A stretch of 64,000 nucleotides of DNA from Utricularia gibba (GCA_002189035.1 NEEC01000010.1:1240001-1304000), one strand, 5' to 3'. Counted from the stretch's first letter, positions 48,682-61,823 are shown. The notes: a model not told the origin generated them from the letters alone. Translations and numbers: made by a program.

Positions 48682-49234
48682 TACAGATGTTATATCGAAC
48701 GAACAAACACGAATATCGATATGTGTGTTCGTTTATTTAAATTAATCGAACAAAAATTTTGTTCATGTTCGTTTATTTAAAATTCACAATCGTTCACGAA
48801 CGTTTATGAACAAATATAATATATTTATATTTTAACATAAAAATAAATAAATAAATATTTTAACATGAATATAAACATAATATTTTTAATATAAATTAAT
48901 ATTTCATATATTTTAATTAAGAAAAATGATCAAAAATCATGAATAAATTAAATACTAACATAAAAAATAATTTTTAATATTATATATATTATAGAATAAT
49001 TATAATATATTTATACATTGATTAATATAATATATTTATATCAAAATACATAATTTTAATATGATATTATATATTATAATCGAACATTGATCTTGTTTGT
49101 GTTCGTTTAATAACGTAATCGAACATGAATTTTATTTGTGTTCGTTTATTTATACTATTCAAACGAACATAAACGATTTTAATCGAATCGAACATAATTC
49201 GAACACGAGTTGTTCGTTCGTGATAACATCCCTA
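48682..49234. mobile_element. hAT non-autonomous element, 553 bp
   Basis: TIR TACAGATGTTATATCGAACGAACAA versus TAGGGATGTTATCACGAACGAACAA (21/25). 8-bp flanks ACCACATG and CTCACATG. Many CGAACA/GTTCGTTTA subterminal repeats. Confidence 0.75.
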
Positions 49235-49829
49235 CTCACATGTTATAGAATTTAAGGTAAAAAAAACAAAAGCTGATTAATTCGTTGATACTGCCATGCA
49301 ATATGTTGACGTCTTGATCATCACAACTTTCTTTAAAAGAACTATAGAATTTAATTCTTTTTACAAACGTAAATTAATGTTTGCACCATATACAAATGAT
49401 CTCTAAACTTAAAAGTCATGCTAGCTGAACAAATGAATAAGAATTATAGACGAATAAAAATTTAATACTTCAATTTTGATCATATAGTAACACATCTAGT
49501 TCACACTTAATGTTTTGAAAAACTATTTGAATTAAAATTTTTCCATGTTGAAATTAAAACAATACCTTTATATGCATATTTTTTGGAACTTGTTGGATTG
49601 ATCAAAATCCAAGGAAGTGAGTTCGTTTTTAGATATTTGACAGATTTGTTTGAGAATTCTACCCTCCAAAAAAGGAACTTAAACGCCTCTACATCTTCAA
49701 TGTTAAAGCAAAACAACAAAGAATGTTGCTCCCCCAAAATGATTAAGGAAATGAGCAACAATATATCTGATTTAGTTTGCAAGATAAGAGAGTTTAAATA
49801 GGGAGTGATCAACCCCTCCTTGAACAAGT

Positions 49830-51680
49830 AATGTGTTGCTATGCTTGTTTAGCGTTATTTATTTATTTATTAGAATTATATTTATGTGTATGTAGTGAAA
49901 TGTCGGTTAGTTCATGTTAGGAGTTAATTATGTGTCTTCTAATCATTTTTATTTAATGTCAGTGAATTGCTTAGAACAGTCATATGATTGAAAATTTTTT
50001 TTTTATTAAAATTTAACTAAGTCTTAGCGGCAAAAATCATCAATAAATCGTATTAAAAATACATGATCAAGTCAAGGGGTGCAATATTCGAAGGGAGACA
50101 AAAAAACACTATCTTTGCCGCTTGCAAAGTATATGATGGGGTACAAATCGAATGCAGTTAATCGGTCTCTAAAAAGGAGCCAAAAGGTATTCTGACAGCC
50201 TGGCACTGGCCGACAGATCGATATCTGTCAGAGATTAGACAATAGCGACCGTTTTGCATAGTCTGAAAAGTGGTGGAATTACGGCAGAGCAAATGGTGGC
50301 AATCTGAAAAGTAAAACCACAATACATGTCGCAGGTACAGAAAGTAGTCGAGATCTGCAGAATTTAGGATTCGGCCAGATCGGTCTCTCCAATAAGTATG
50401 AGGAACTCTGAAAAGAAAAGGATTCTACTCTAAACCCTCCAACTTGCATTTCTCTCTCCCACCTCCATTTAGTGAAGATTTTCTTTGGCAAGTTTCGACA
50501 GCCCCGTGGTTTTTCCTCTCCTCGATGGTTTCCACATAAAAATCTTGTCTTTTCAAGTTCCTTAAAGCACATGAACCTAAATCGGGTACGCCGCCTCCAG
50601 CCACACCCATAACTCGAAAATCGGCCCAACTGTGATGCCGATTTTTGCCCTTAACAATGTAAGTTCATATGAAGAAGAGTATGAGTGTCAGAAATCATAA
50701 TTGAATTGGAGAAGGAAAACATGAGAGAGGAAGATATTTTGGAAGGGAGTAATCACAAAGGAGATAGCTTCAACTACAACAATAAAATATAGGACAATAG
50801 AGGAAGTCGAAGGAAGAGGGTTGAAGAAGAAGATCTTCAACTTAAAGAACAATCATCAGAAAACATTATTCAGTGTTATTGTTTTAAGTAATTAATAGTA
50901 GCATATGGAAAATAGAAACTAAATTCACTATATTTTAGTTTATTGAATATTTTTCTTCTGTGACAACTCCTCTTATGATGCTTATGATTTTTTTTTCAGT
51001 TATTGTCTATGAAATTATGCTTTACTAGTCAAATATGAATGATTAGATTTTAGGAATGTCTTAAAGTTTGTTAAGATAATATGATTTTAGGGTTTATTAA
51101 GTAATTTACAATTGTATCCATTAATTATTTGTTTCTTATATTTTTTGGGTAGAATTAAAGAGATCAGTGATTGATGTTATAATTTATATACTTAATTTAA
51201 AGGTAAATTAATAAATTGAGATGTATATATTAGGTGGTAGCCTTGGTTAAAACTAATAAAACTGGATATGCCTAGTTCTATATATTTTGTATATGAATAG
51301 ATCCAAATATAAAATGAATAAAGATTTTAGAGACTATATCATCCAAAAATATCTGGAATAATATGTATAAACTTAGATTGTTTCAAGTTGTTTATATAAA
51401 AAATTGTAGATTAAATTGAGAACTTGAATACCCCATCACATAGATTACTTTGAACCATCATAATGTTATTTTGTGTACAAAATAAGTGTTTGTCACCTTT
51501 TACGTTGTGATTTGATTTCAATTACTAAACTTACATATTATTGTTAGTTTAACCTAGGAGTAAGAGCAAAATTTCCAAAATTTTATATTAATAAAATACA
51601 ATACAATTATAGATTCCTTGTAATCGACCCTGAAATCCATTGTATAATTTGTGTGGAACTTGTATTTTATAAGGATTGTA
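49830..51680 (+). mobile_element. Probable degenerate solo LTR (Athila-like Ty3/gypsy); boundaries approximate
   Basis: Non-coding, with the layout typical of long gypsy LTRs: AT-rich start, GC-richer core, purine-rich tract, TTTTAGGGTTT, and the end motif TTCCTTGTAATCGACCCTG...ATTGTATAAT. No TSD identified. Confidence 0.4.
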
Positions 51681-54600
51681 AATTATAAATTTATTTGATA
51701 TGCAAATTATTTTGTACAACGATATTAAAGTTTTCATTTATCAAGAAGGTTGAGAAGAATTTTGGAAACTGGATGGTTAGTTTTTTTTTTTTTTACAACA
51801 ATAGTAAAAACATTAAAAATAGAGTACTAATAGAAAAGTATGACATAAATAAGTTTTTATTCACCATAATTGTTAAATAAATTACCGTTCACTATAGTTG
51901 TTAGAATCTGAACTCCAATAGTATGTTCGAATACAAATTGTATATTGAAGTCAAAATAAAAACTTGTGATGATGAGTGTATTAACAATAATAAACTAAAT
52001 AATGAGGGTGAATTTTTTTATAGATAATAAGAAAGTGTATATAAAAACTAATAAAATATTTGATAATTAAATGTGAAATTATGTGACATCTATAGAATAC
52101 ATACATAAATTTAATGAAAAGATGTTCCAATAACTAGTAAGTTTTTTTATGTATAAACTAGCCATTACAACTCTAGCAAGAAAGAGTCACAAATATTGTA
52201 AGTACTTTTAGTTTACGTGTGAATATGATAAAGGAGTTAAAGTGTTTTCTTTTTAATGAAATAAAAAAAAGGTTGTTATGCTACTCAAGAATGAAAAGCA
52301 TTGCATTTCATACAAACATATATATAGAGTTATTTGAAAAAGTTCTAGCTATTATCTAGATAGAAAATAATCGTTACTTGGACGGTTATGTGCAACGTAA
52401 TTTCTATTATTAGAATTATCTTGGTGGACTACATAAATTTCATGCATTGGGCACTGATGTGGGCCGACAGAATTTGGTATTTATCAAGGCCCAATCAATT
52501 GTATTTTGATCCACTACAACTAATCCAACTTCCTTCTCTTTCCTCTGTTTTCCTCTTTTTCAACAGGGGTTCAGCTTCCTTGCATGATTTGCCTCAATTT
52601 TATGATCACCAGCCATTACATCTAAAGTTGCATTGGTTCTATAGAGCTCAGGATTTTGATATCTTGTAGTGGGCTCTTTCCTATTTGGGCCAAGTCATAA
52701 CTGGGCTTGCATCACAATACTTATTGTGATAAGATGAATGCATCGTTTCTTTTCCTTTTGTGGGTGATGATGAACCTATTGCCAAACTGAAGGTGGAGAT
52801 GATAATTCAATCCATATCTTCTATAGGGTTGATTGTTGAAATCAAGGATCTAATAGGTAGAGTAAATACGCTTGAAATTTAAGTACATAATAAACAACGA
52901 TTATATTAGAAAAGATTAAATTTAACTAATTATTTATAATTTATAATTTCTTGTATAACATATTATTTCACTTTCAAATATCAATATAGTATTACATGTT
53001 CTAATAAGCATTCATGGGTCATCTTATATTCATTTATTTTGTAATACATTATGATAAGAAACAAGACTTTGTTATGGTGAATAAATTTCTCGTAAATTTT
53101 TTATTTGAAATAATAAGTAGATTACAATATATAAAAATGTCGAAGTCAATGACAATACCTCACAACCTCATGCATCTCTGCAGGTGTAATGTTACAATCA
53201 CCTTTCTTGCATCCAAGTTCATATGGTGGCGATGCGAGGAAGAGTATAATCAGGTCTGATCAATCTAAACGTTAAAAGGAGATGCGAGTGCACTTTTAGT
53301 TCCCTTTTCAGGTTGATATGTTGGTCAAGAAGATGAACTCGATCCCTGCTTTTTCTCGACTTCATCAAAAGTTGCTTGGCATCCTTTTTTCTGAATGAAT
53401 TTTCGAATAAGATGCATCTTTCTTTTTCTTACAGAAACTCCCATCTGTAAATTCTGCACGGCCCTTGAGGAATCAAACCCCTATTTTTTATGTATCCATC
53501 CCTGGGCGAAGTCCTGTGCAAGGATCCCCACTCCCATAATCTTACTGACTATTAGAATCATGTTGTTCTCCAACTCCTGCTAAAGTTCCCTTTTTACCGT
53601 ACGTAACTCAAACCCACGTCACATGCCCTTGATTGAAGAATCAAATCCTAGTTCAACCTTAGCCTTTTCTCCTTTTTTTTTTTAATCTAGAATCTATTAG
53701 AACAAATAATTTTCTATCATGAAATGAAAATAAAATAGTAAGTATATAATAAATTATATGTCGTTAATTTTTTTAATATAATTCATATTTTTTATATATT
53801 TAAATTTCAAGTATAATTGAATTCTTAATTTCAACATAATTCTAAAATATCTTCCAACAGCTCCCCAATATGCACCAATTGAGCTGCATTTTGTGCTCGT
53901 GTCTGTATCATCTTGGCTTTTTTAAATAAAGCAATCCCTTTTGTTTGTGGTGTGCACCCCCTCCTCTGGGGGTAATATCATTGGGAATCAACACCTTGGC
54001 TTTTCAGTCTCAGATCTCAACCTTCGTTTTTTCTTTTCTTGAATCCTCAGTAACTGCTTATATCAGCATCATCTTAATAGACTTTGACTGGTAGGCGCCT
54101 GAATCATCTCAGCTGCGTGAAACAACTACACAAAGCAGATGTAATATGGTGGTGCTCAATCCACACAAGTGGATTTGACAGTCGACAGTGGAAAGCAGGA
54201 GCAACATATGCACATTCTCTGATTGCGGTTAAATGACACTGACTTAAGGCCATTATTCTCGGAGCTTTTTGGAAATCAATTCTTCTTCCTTGTGGGATGA
54301 ATTATTGTTCACGATTTGTGACCTTTTTGCTCTGAAACAGGAGTGGGATGGCAGATGTGCTAGAATCTCGATAGTTGGCTTCCTTTTTACAAAGGCACAA
54401 GCCCAGAAAGTTGGCACAGAACAAGACCATGAGTGATGAGCCTGATCAAGGATTCGACAGATCAAGGCCGGTCTCGCAGGGATTCGATTAAGACCGCAAT
54501 CATCCGTCCATTCCATTGATTGGTAGGACACCAGTGAGGAGGAGGATTCGACGGATTATTCTCAAACAAATCATGGTATCAAGTTGGAGGCTTGTGTCGG

Positions 54601-56959
54601 GACAGGAGTGGGTAAAGGAACTCACGCACAAGGAACTCATCCTTGGGGCACAGATGCAAGAAGCATTATCAAATCTAAGTCAGACACACTTTCTGAAGCA
54701 TTTCTTGAAATGTTGGAGAAATCTCCTCGTTTCTTCTTCGTCCTTATCCTCTTTTTCTTTCCCAAAGGACCAAATCACAAAGGAAAAGTTGATGAGATTC
54801 ACCCCTTTAACCTGCATCATGCTTGTACTGTACATATTTGTCACTAATCAAAAACTCGAAATCTAATGTCGAACCATGGAGGAGGAAAGATCAGCAACAG
54901 TAGAACAAGAACCGCCTGGAGAGTGGAGACACTCATTCATGATCATGAGATCATGCTCGGAGGCGCACCTAGGTGGTGGGCTCCGTCAACCCACCACCCC
55001 CACTCCAATAAAGAAAACCGCAGCAGAAGAGGAACTGAACCCCTGCATTCCTGCGCCTCCCAAGTTGGTGTTGTTCCAGTGCTTGGATGGATCTGGAAAA
55101 TGCTTCGTCATTTTGTTGGAGAAGAGAGTCATGAAATCCGTCCCAACACAACAACACTGTCAAAACCTGCTTAACAGTAGAAAGAGCGATCACGTAGTGT
55201 AAGCATGGGTTAAAGTTGCCTCGGACACAGTGAATTTTTTGTTTATTTACTCAATGTACGGCCATCCAAGGAGAAGAATAAGGAAACAAATAAACCTCCA
55301 TCCACCATGAATTCAAAAAGTGGGCTGTCTCCCACCTTGTCCCCCGCATAAAATTCCCGCACCTGCATTGAGTGGATGTACCCAAGATTTGGTTGTTCAG
55401 GAATGACCTGACCTTTGATCCCCAACCAATCACTCACCGCCATGTGCCTCTGTCGACATCCTTCAAGCAGTCGTTGGAACACAAAAGAGTGAAGGGACCT
55501 GATTAGACACAAAGAGGGTTTTCTATCTATGTTCCGTCTGTTCTTATCTCCAGCTTGTGTTCATCTTCTTCCGCAACCACCAAACCCATTTGTGGCCTCA
55601 CATGCTTCCCAAGCTTGCGCGAGTCCGATGGGAAGACGTGAGATGATTTCTAAAATGATTCCACAGTGTTAAAAGACTTGAATAAATCAATCATTCTCTC
55701 TGTATATTTTTTTCATTTTCAAACTGTGAGGTAGGATCTCATTTTCGGGTCTCGCAAACTTTCCACAATAAAGAGATCAGAGAGGATCAGTTCCCCCTAA
55801 ACCAGAGGAATCACTGTTGTTTAAGATGTCCAAACCGTGGGCCGTAGCTAGAACTCCCTTTTCAAAGCCTAAATGGATTCCCTCTTCATCCCTTTCCAGT
55901 TTTATTCCCTCTAACCCTCAATCAAGAGAGCATTTAAAAAAAAGAGAATCTGGGCATAATTTTTCCCGAGGTATGTCGAATCACAACATTATCGTCGCGG
56001 TGGAGACTGAGGCTGTGCTGCCGACATTAGTTCAATGAATTTGATGATAAAGTGGTGTATTCGAGTTGAACTTTGGAGCAGCTTTATTTACTGTCCTCGC
56101 AAGAGAACAAAGTAATGATGTGTTAGACAACACTCTATGTCGTTCATTATATTCTGATGCACATGCAAGTGCTAGAACATGTCTTGAGAGGAACAGCTCT
56201 TTGCCCCAGCTTTTCCACCACCAATCTTGACTTCAACACACTGTAATGTTTTTCAGAGCCTTCATGGTGGCCACATTCAGAAATTGAAATGTTTTCTGCT
56301 TTCTAAATGGGATACAGTAGCAGCATACAGTACACTTTTTCGTCTAAATGCATACTTGGGTGGTGGTGAAGAAGAGCCATCAGCTACCTTTATTGCATAG
56401 TTACCAACGCTAGCAGCACATGCAGATGCGTGAGAAAGTAAGGGAAAGTAGATTCTCAGGAGCTCTGCTCCATTTGGAAAGTTAATGTGGATGGTAATAC
56501 TCATGGAAGCAAGTGCTTTTTTAGGCTATTCTCCGACTGTAGCTGGATGCTCCTACACCGGTTACTTCTCCATGATGCTTCCTTCCTCATCCCCCAATGC
56601 ACCCAATGGCTTTTGAACCACCCGCTTAGCTACGAAGCCGTTACTTCGCTCATTTTCTGGATGCTTGCTTCATCGCACTTGCATACCAGCTCCATTAAGT
56701 AGACTAGACATGCTCATTTTCTTTCGCCTTATTAGTATTTTCAACACCGGTAATATATTATAACAATTAATATCAGAAATAAAAGTGAAATCATTAAATA
56801 TATAATAAATTACGAATTACTATTAATGATTTGAACATAATCTTTTTTAATATAATCCATATTTTTTATGTATTTAAATTTTACATATATTTGTACAGGT
56901 GCTAAGTAGGTCCTCCAAAATCTGTGTGCTGCTCCTTGGTTTCATTGATAACTTGAATT

Positions 56960-57370
56960 TGAAGTAGAGAAGTTCGTGGGTCCGGGTCCGGGTCCGGTAT
57001 CAATAGGAACCATGGAACCAAACCAATAAAATATATGTATAATCGATTCCCACCCAAAACTGATTACGAATCCAAACCAACCAATCAATCCGTTCCTAAT
57101 TGGTTTCGGTTCGATTACTAGTTGGGATGGATAAAGAAGATTTTCATTCCTCTTCTAAATACTAATGGACTTAAATCTTTTTTTTTTTTGTTTGTAAGTA
57201 AATGAAAAAATTTGTATATTCAACTTTGAATAATATATACATTTATTCATAAAAATAAACTCTTTTCACATATATTACACAGTTAATTTTATATAAAATT
57301 ATTCACATAAAAATAAAAAATAATCAACCCAAGTTCGAGAACGTTGTTTCAATTCCGATTCTAGTAGATT
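56960..57370. mobile_element. hAT-like MITE remnant
   Basis: (GGGTCC)3 followed by GAACC/AACCAA/GGTTCG subterminal-type repeats. TIRs not resolved. Confidence 0.3.
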
Positions 57371-58866
57371 TCAAATAATACTCAATTCATGAATATTTTT
57401 AATAACAATATATAATATATCTAGTTATAGTTATAATGCAATTTGCTATTGCATTCAATAGATTAGTTATACATCATACCAATGTAGCCCTTAAAAACAT
57501 TGATATCCGGTACTGGTATTTATTGAAAGTTCATAAATTGTATATTTTTGAATAGTTCTATGAAAGAGCATCCAGTTTGTATGAAACATTTGTCATTCCT
57601 TCATCTCCAAATAATCTAGAAAGTACCAGTGGCCACTCACAATTCATGTATTCATTCCATTAAGAACATAGTCTAATGTCATACCATCTCTTTAAATTGT
57701 TCCAAAAAACTCTATTTCCTCACATTCAACCAAAGCATGTCGAACTAATTTTACACACTCCATATATTACTCACAATGCAATCATATATTGTTGATTTTG
57801 TTAAAATTCAAGATTCATTAGGTTGGGCGAGCGCACATCAAGTATATAAAAAATATAAGTTACATTAGAAAAGATTAGATACAATCAATTACAAATGGTT
57901 TATAATTTTTTATATACTTAATTATTTCATTTTTTATTTTCTAATGTGAGATTATTTGTTTTAATAACCATTCTCAGGTTGAATTTGATCTTCAATCCGG
58001 TTAAAATTTTTTTTGCATGATTATAGATAGTGCTCATGTCATAGTTCGATTTAATTTTTATTACCTAAATCCAATACATTTATTTTTTTTGTGAATTAAT
58101 TTTCATATGTTAAAGATGATCTTTCTCGACATTCATCTCTCTCAAATATGTTATGTCTCACATATACCATTCTCCTCTTGCTATTATAAGTTATACAAGT
58201 TATTCATCTTCATTATTGAGAATTTTTATTTTATATCAACATCCATCTTGATCGATCCTCTTCTGAACTTAGCTACATATTTTGAAAACATGATGTGCAG
58301 CTAGTATTACTTTTGGAGAGAATATATAGATAATATAAATAATCATAATCATAATAGTGGGCACCATTTGTTGCATCAAAGATATATATTTTTTATTTAG
58401 AAAAAATATTCAAATTTCAAGTATCTAGACACTCAAAAACCGTAAAGTGCAATTTTTTTTCCCTATACCTTTTTCACAGTCATATTTATTCACTTTTTCA
58501 TTTATTTTTATTACAGACAAAAACAAGCTACATTTTGTGTATGCCTTACGATTCGACCGTTGTGAACCTACGTGCGCCAATGAACACATGCCAACAAAAC
58601 ACTTACGTGTTAAAAAATGGCCCATGTTTTTGGATTTTTATATTTATAAGCTTGTAAAGTTAGTGATATTTTGTATTGAAAACATATTCCACATCTGGCA
58701 CGTGATCAAAAGTTAAAAAAAAAAGTGGGATTGAAATGAATGGAACTTTGTGATTGTTTTTTAGTTTCAGGAGCACCCTATAAGTACAGGAGCCTTTGAT
58801 CTTCCAATTCACTCACCCTGAATTGTTCTTCCACATCGCGCTTCTGCTTCGTGGTTGGCCGGAAGT

Positions 58867-61143
58867 ATGTCGGATGAAAGGAGCACCACCGTGGACTCCC
58901 TGAAGCATGGCGGGATGAGGGCGGCCAACTTCGTGCTAGGTCTGGTTTCATTGCCGTCTGCGATTGGGTGAATGCCTGATAATTGCTGCATTCCGTATTC
59001 GTTTGGGTGCTTGCAGGGCTTCAAGGATTGGAAATAATGGCGATCGCCGCCGTAGGGAACAACTTGATTACCTACTTGATCAACGAGATGCATTTCTCGC
59101 TGCCGGAATCCGCCAACATCGTCACTAACTTCGTCGGTACTATCTTCATCGTCGCCCTACTCGGCGGATACCTCGCGGATTCGTACCTTGGTTGCTACAA
59201 GACGATGGTCATCTTTGCCCTCCTTGAGCTCTCAGTAAATCAACTCACTTTAATCTGAGCATATCGTTTTTCTGTGCATCGTATGCAGACCTGATCATGT
59301 AGTTTCTTTTTCCTTCTTAGGGTTTCATTGTCTTATCGGTGCAAGCACATGTTCCCCGGCTGAAACCGCCCCGGTGCGGCGATGTTACGGCCGGAAACTG
59401 CGTCAAGGCCGAAGGATTACAATCCATCATCTTCTTTCTAGCCATTTATCTGGTGGCCTTGGGGAGCGGATGTGTGAAGCCAAACATGATCGCCCACGGC
59501 GCTGATCAGTTCGACAGGTTCGACCGGTCGCAATCCAAGATGCTCTCTAGATACTTCAATTCCATCTACTTCGCCTTCTCCGCCGGCGAGCTCATTGCCC
59601 TGACCGCCCTCGTTTACATTCAAACCAACTGCGGCATGAGCGTCGGCTTCACCGTCTCCGCCGTCGTCATGGCCGTGGGCTTCATCACTCTCATCTCCGG
59701 CACTCCTCTTTACAAGAACAAGCCTCCTCAAGGCAGCATTTTGACACCAGTTGCCCAAGTATTCCCACCAACATCATTTTACATTCTCTTTTCACTATAT
59801 TTATTACACCCCACAAAAATTCGTCCTTTTGATTCTTTTGGGAAAAAAATGTATGAAAATTCAGGTCATAGTTGCTGCAAGTGTGAAGAGAAAGCATGTC
59901 TGTCCCACTGACCCTCAGCTTACGCCAAGGTTTAGGTAAATTTCTTTTGTAATGATGTCCCTTTTTTGTTTTTTTTTAAGTCGGCAAGTCGAAAAGTCAA
60001 TATTTGTGTACAAAATAATTATTGTTTCACTAAATTTCCAAGTAGAAAAATAAGCACCAATCAAATAAATCATGACTGATTTGTAGTATGAATATTCCCA
60101 ATTGATGTAATTAATTAAGGTGTATTAAAAAAGTGGTCACTATATTTTGAGTATGTGATAAAAGTGGTAAAAATTTGGATTTAGTGTGTGAGGGAGAAAG
60201 TAGAGATACTACTTTTGTAAAACATTCAAATTAACTATGTTTATGAAACCCTAATTGCAGATTTCTAAACAAGGCATGCATCAAGGTTGAGCAAGATGGG
60301 AAGGAAAGCCCATGGAGGCTATGCACACCTGATCAAGTGGAGCAGGTGAAAACACTGATCTCAGTTGTTCCCATCTTCGCCTGCACAATCATTTTCAACA
60401 CCATTTTGGCACAGCTCCAAACCTTCTCTGTCCAGCAAGGAACTTCAATGAACACTCACCTCACAAAATCTTTCAAAATCCCACCTGCTTCCCTCCAAGC
60501 CATTCCCTACCTCATGCTGATCTTCATTGTCCCCATCTATGACGCCGTATTCGTCCCGTTCGTCCGTCGATACACTCGGCATGAATCGGGGCTGACCCTT
60601 CTCCAACGAATCGGGTTCGGGCTCTTCCTCGCTACCTTCTCCATGATCTCAGCTGCCTTAACTGAAAACAAGAGAAGAAATGAGGCTATCATGAACAACA
60701 AGAAGATGTCCATCTTCTGGATCACACCCCAGTTCCTGATCTTCGGGTTATCCGAAATGTTTACCGCCGTGGGGCTGATCGAGTTCTTCTATAAACAAAG
60801 CTTGAAAGGGATGGAGACATTCTTGACAGCGGTTACTTACTGTTCATACTCTTTTGGGTTCTTCTTGAGCTCAGTGCTTGTTGCTATGGTGAATAAAGTT
60901 ACTAGGAATCACAAGGAAGATGGATGGCTCAGCCATATTGATCTCAACAGGAATAGACTCGATCTTTTCTATTGGTTTTTGGGTCTTCTCAGCTTTCTGA
61001 ACTTCATCAACTACATCTTCTGCGCGCGATGGTACTCTCAAGGACAGAGAGATGTTCAAGGGTTTGTGGCTGCATCAGAAACCCACTCGGGGAAAAAAGT
61101 TGTGGATCCTGAGAGCTGTTCAGCAACCTCAATGCCAATATAG
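58867..61143 (+). CDS. NPF4: NRT1/PTR family transporter NPF4.3/4.4-like, 560 aa
   Basis: Exons 58867-58939, 59017-59234, 59321-59758, 59865-59935 and 60261-61143 sum to 1683 nt. KHGGMRAA, AAVGNNLITYLINEMHF, GSGCVKPNMIAHGADQF, QVEQVK, LAQLQTFSVQQG, EMFTAVGLIEFFYKQS, RLDLFYW. Confidence 0.96.
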
Positions 61144-61730
61144 CTGGTCCTTAGATAGGCATGTAAATGAAAATTATGAAGCACCTTGACTACTATGATG
61201 CAGTATAATACAGAAGTACACAAAACATCATGCTTTGCTCCATTACATGCATAACATGATACGCAGTGAACTAATACCATATCACTCGATAAATCCACAC
61301 AAATTATCAACAAAAGAAGATAAGATCGAGCAAAGACGGGGTCCAGGAACAGGGACAAGAGCTGACAGAACAGTTGGGTGCATCCAACTATGAACAAAAA
61401 ACTGTTGTGGATGATTTCCTTCTTTTTTCCTGTTAATTTGTGTGAAGTGCTTTGTTATTTCTTTGGAGTTAGTGTCGAGGGTGGATGTGGTGGCTTTTGG
61501 ACCTAAAGGGGACATGTACAGACAAATGAGAGCCACTTGCTCTCAATTGTGCTCCTCGGAAATGTGCCTCCAAACCCCAACATTTTGTCGCATTTGGGGA
61601 TCAGGATCGCGGACAAATGGGGCCGAACTGCTGCTTCTGAAGGTTACAAGCTTCAATCCCGCAATGAAATTTCAATGATGCGAACACAGAAGGGGATCCC
61701 CATGTTGGATGCCGACGAAAGACTTGTTAA

Positions 61731-61823
61731 TGCCCAAGTACAACCCAATTCAATGTATTCTTGAGTGGTCTGCAAAGCTACACGTCAACTAATTAATGCA
61801 TTGAATTGGGTTGTACTTAGGCA
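61731..61823. ncRNA. Candidate miRNA-like hairpin with 29-bp arms and a 35-nt partly paired loop
   Basis: 61731-61759 is the reverse complement of 61795-61823 at 27/29. No TSD or known MITE terminus. No match to conserved miRNA families that I recall. Confidence 0.45.

Noticed and set aside
48682-49234. Regularly recurring CGAACA/GTTCG motifs resembling a repeat-spacer array
   Set aside because: Spacing is irregular and the motifs are bounded by hAT TIRs and an 8-bp TSD; these are subterminal transposase-binding repeats, not CRISPR.
52764-52850. C/D-box snoRNA-like GTGATGA...CTGA
   Set aside because: No terminal D box or closing stem, and I could not identify an rRNA-complementary guide.
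54138-54165. Partial similarity to miR171/miR171*
   Set aside because: Too many mismatches and no complementary arm nearby.
54574-54581. TGGTATCA, a possible LTR primer-binding site
   Set aside because: Only 8 nt match (lacks GAGC), with no recognisable LTR upstream or gag downstream.
58829-58838. TTCCACATCG, resembling the plant snRNA upstream sequence element
   Set aside because: One mismatch, no TATA at the required spacing and no snRNA downstream; it lies in the NPF4 5'UTR.
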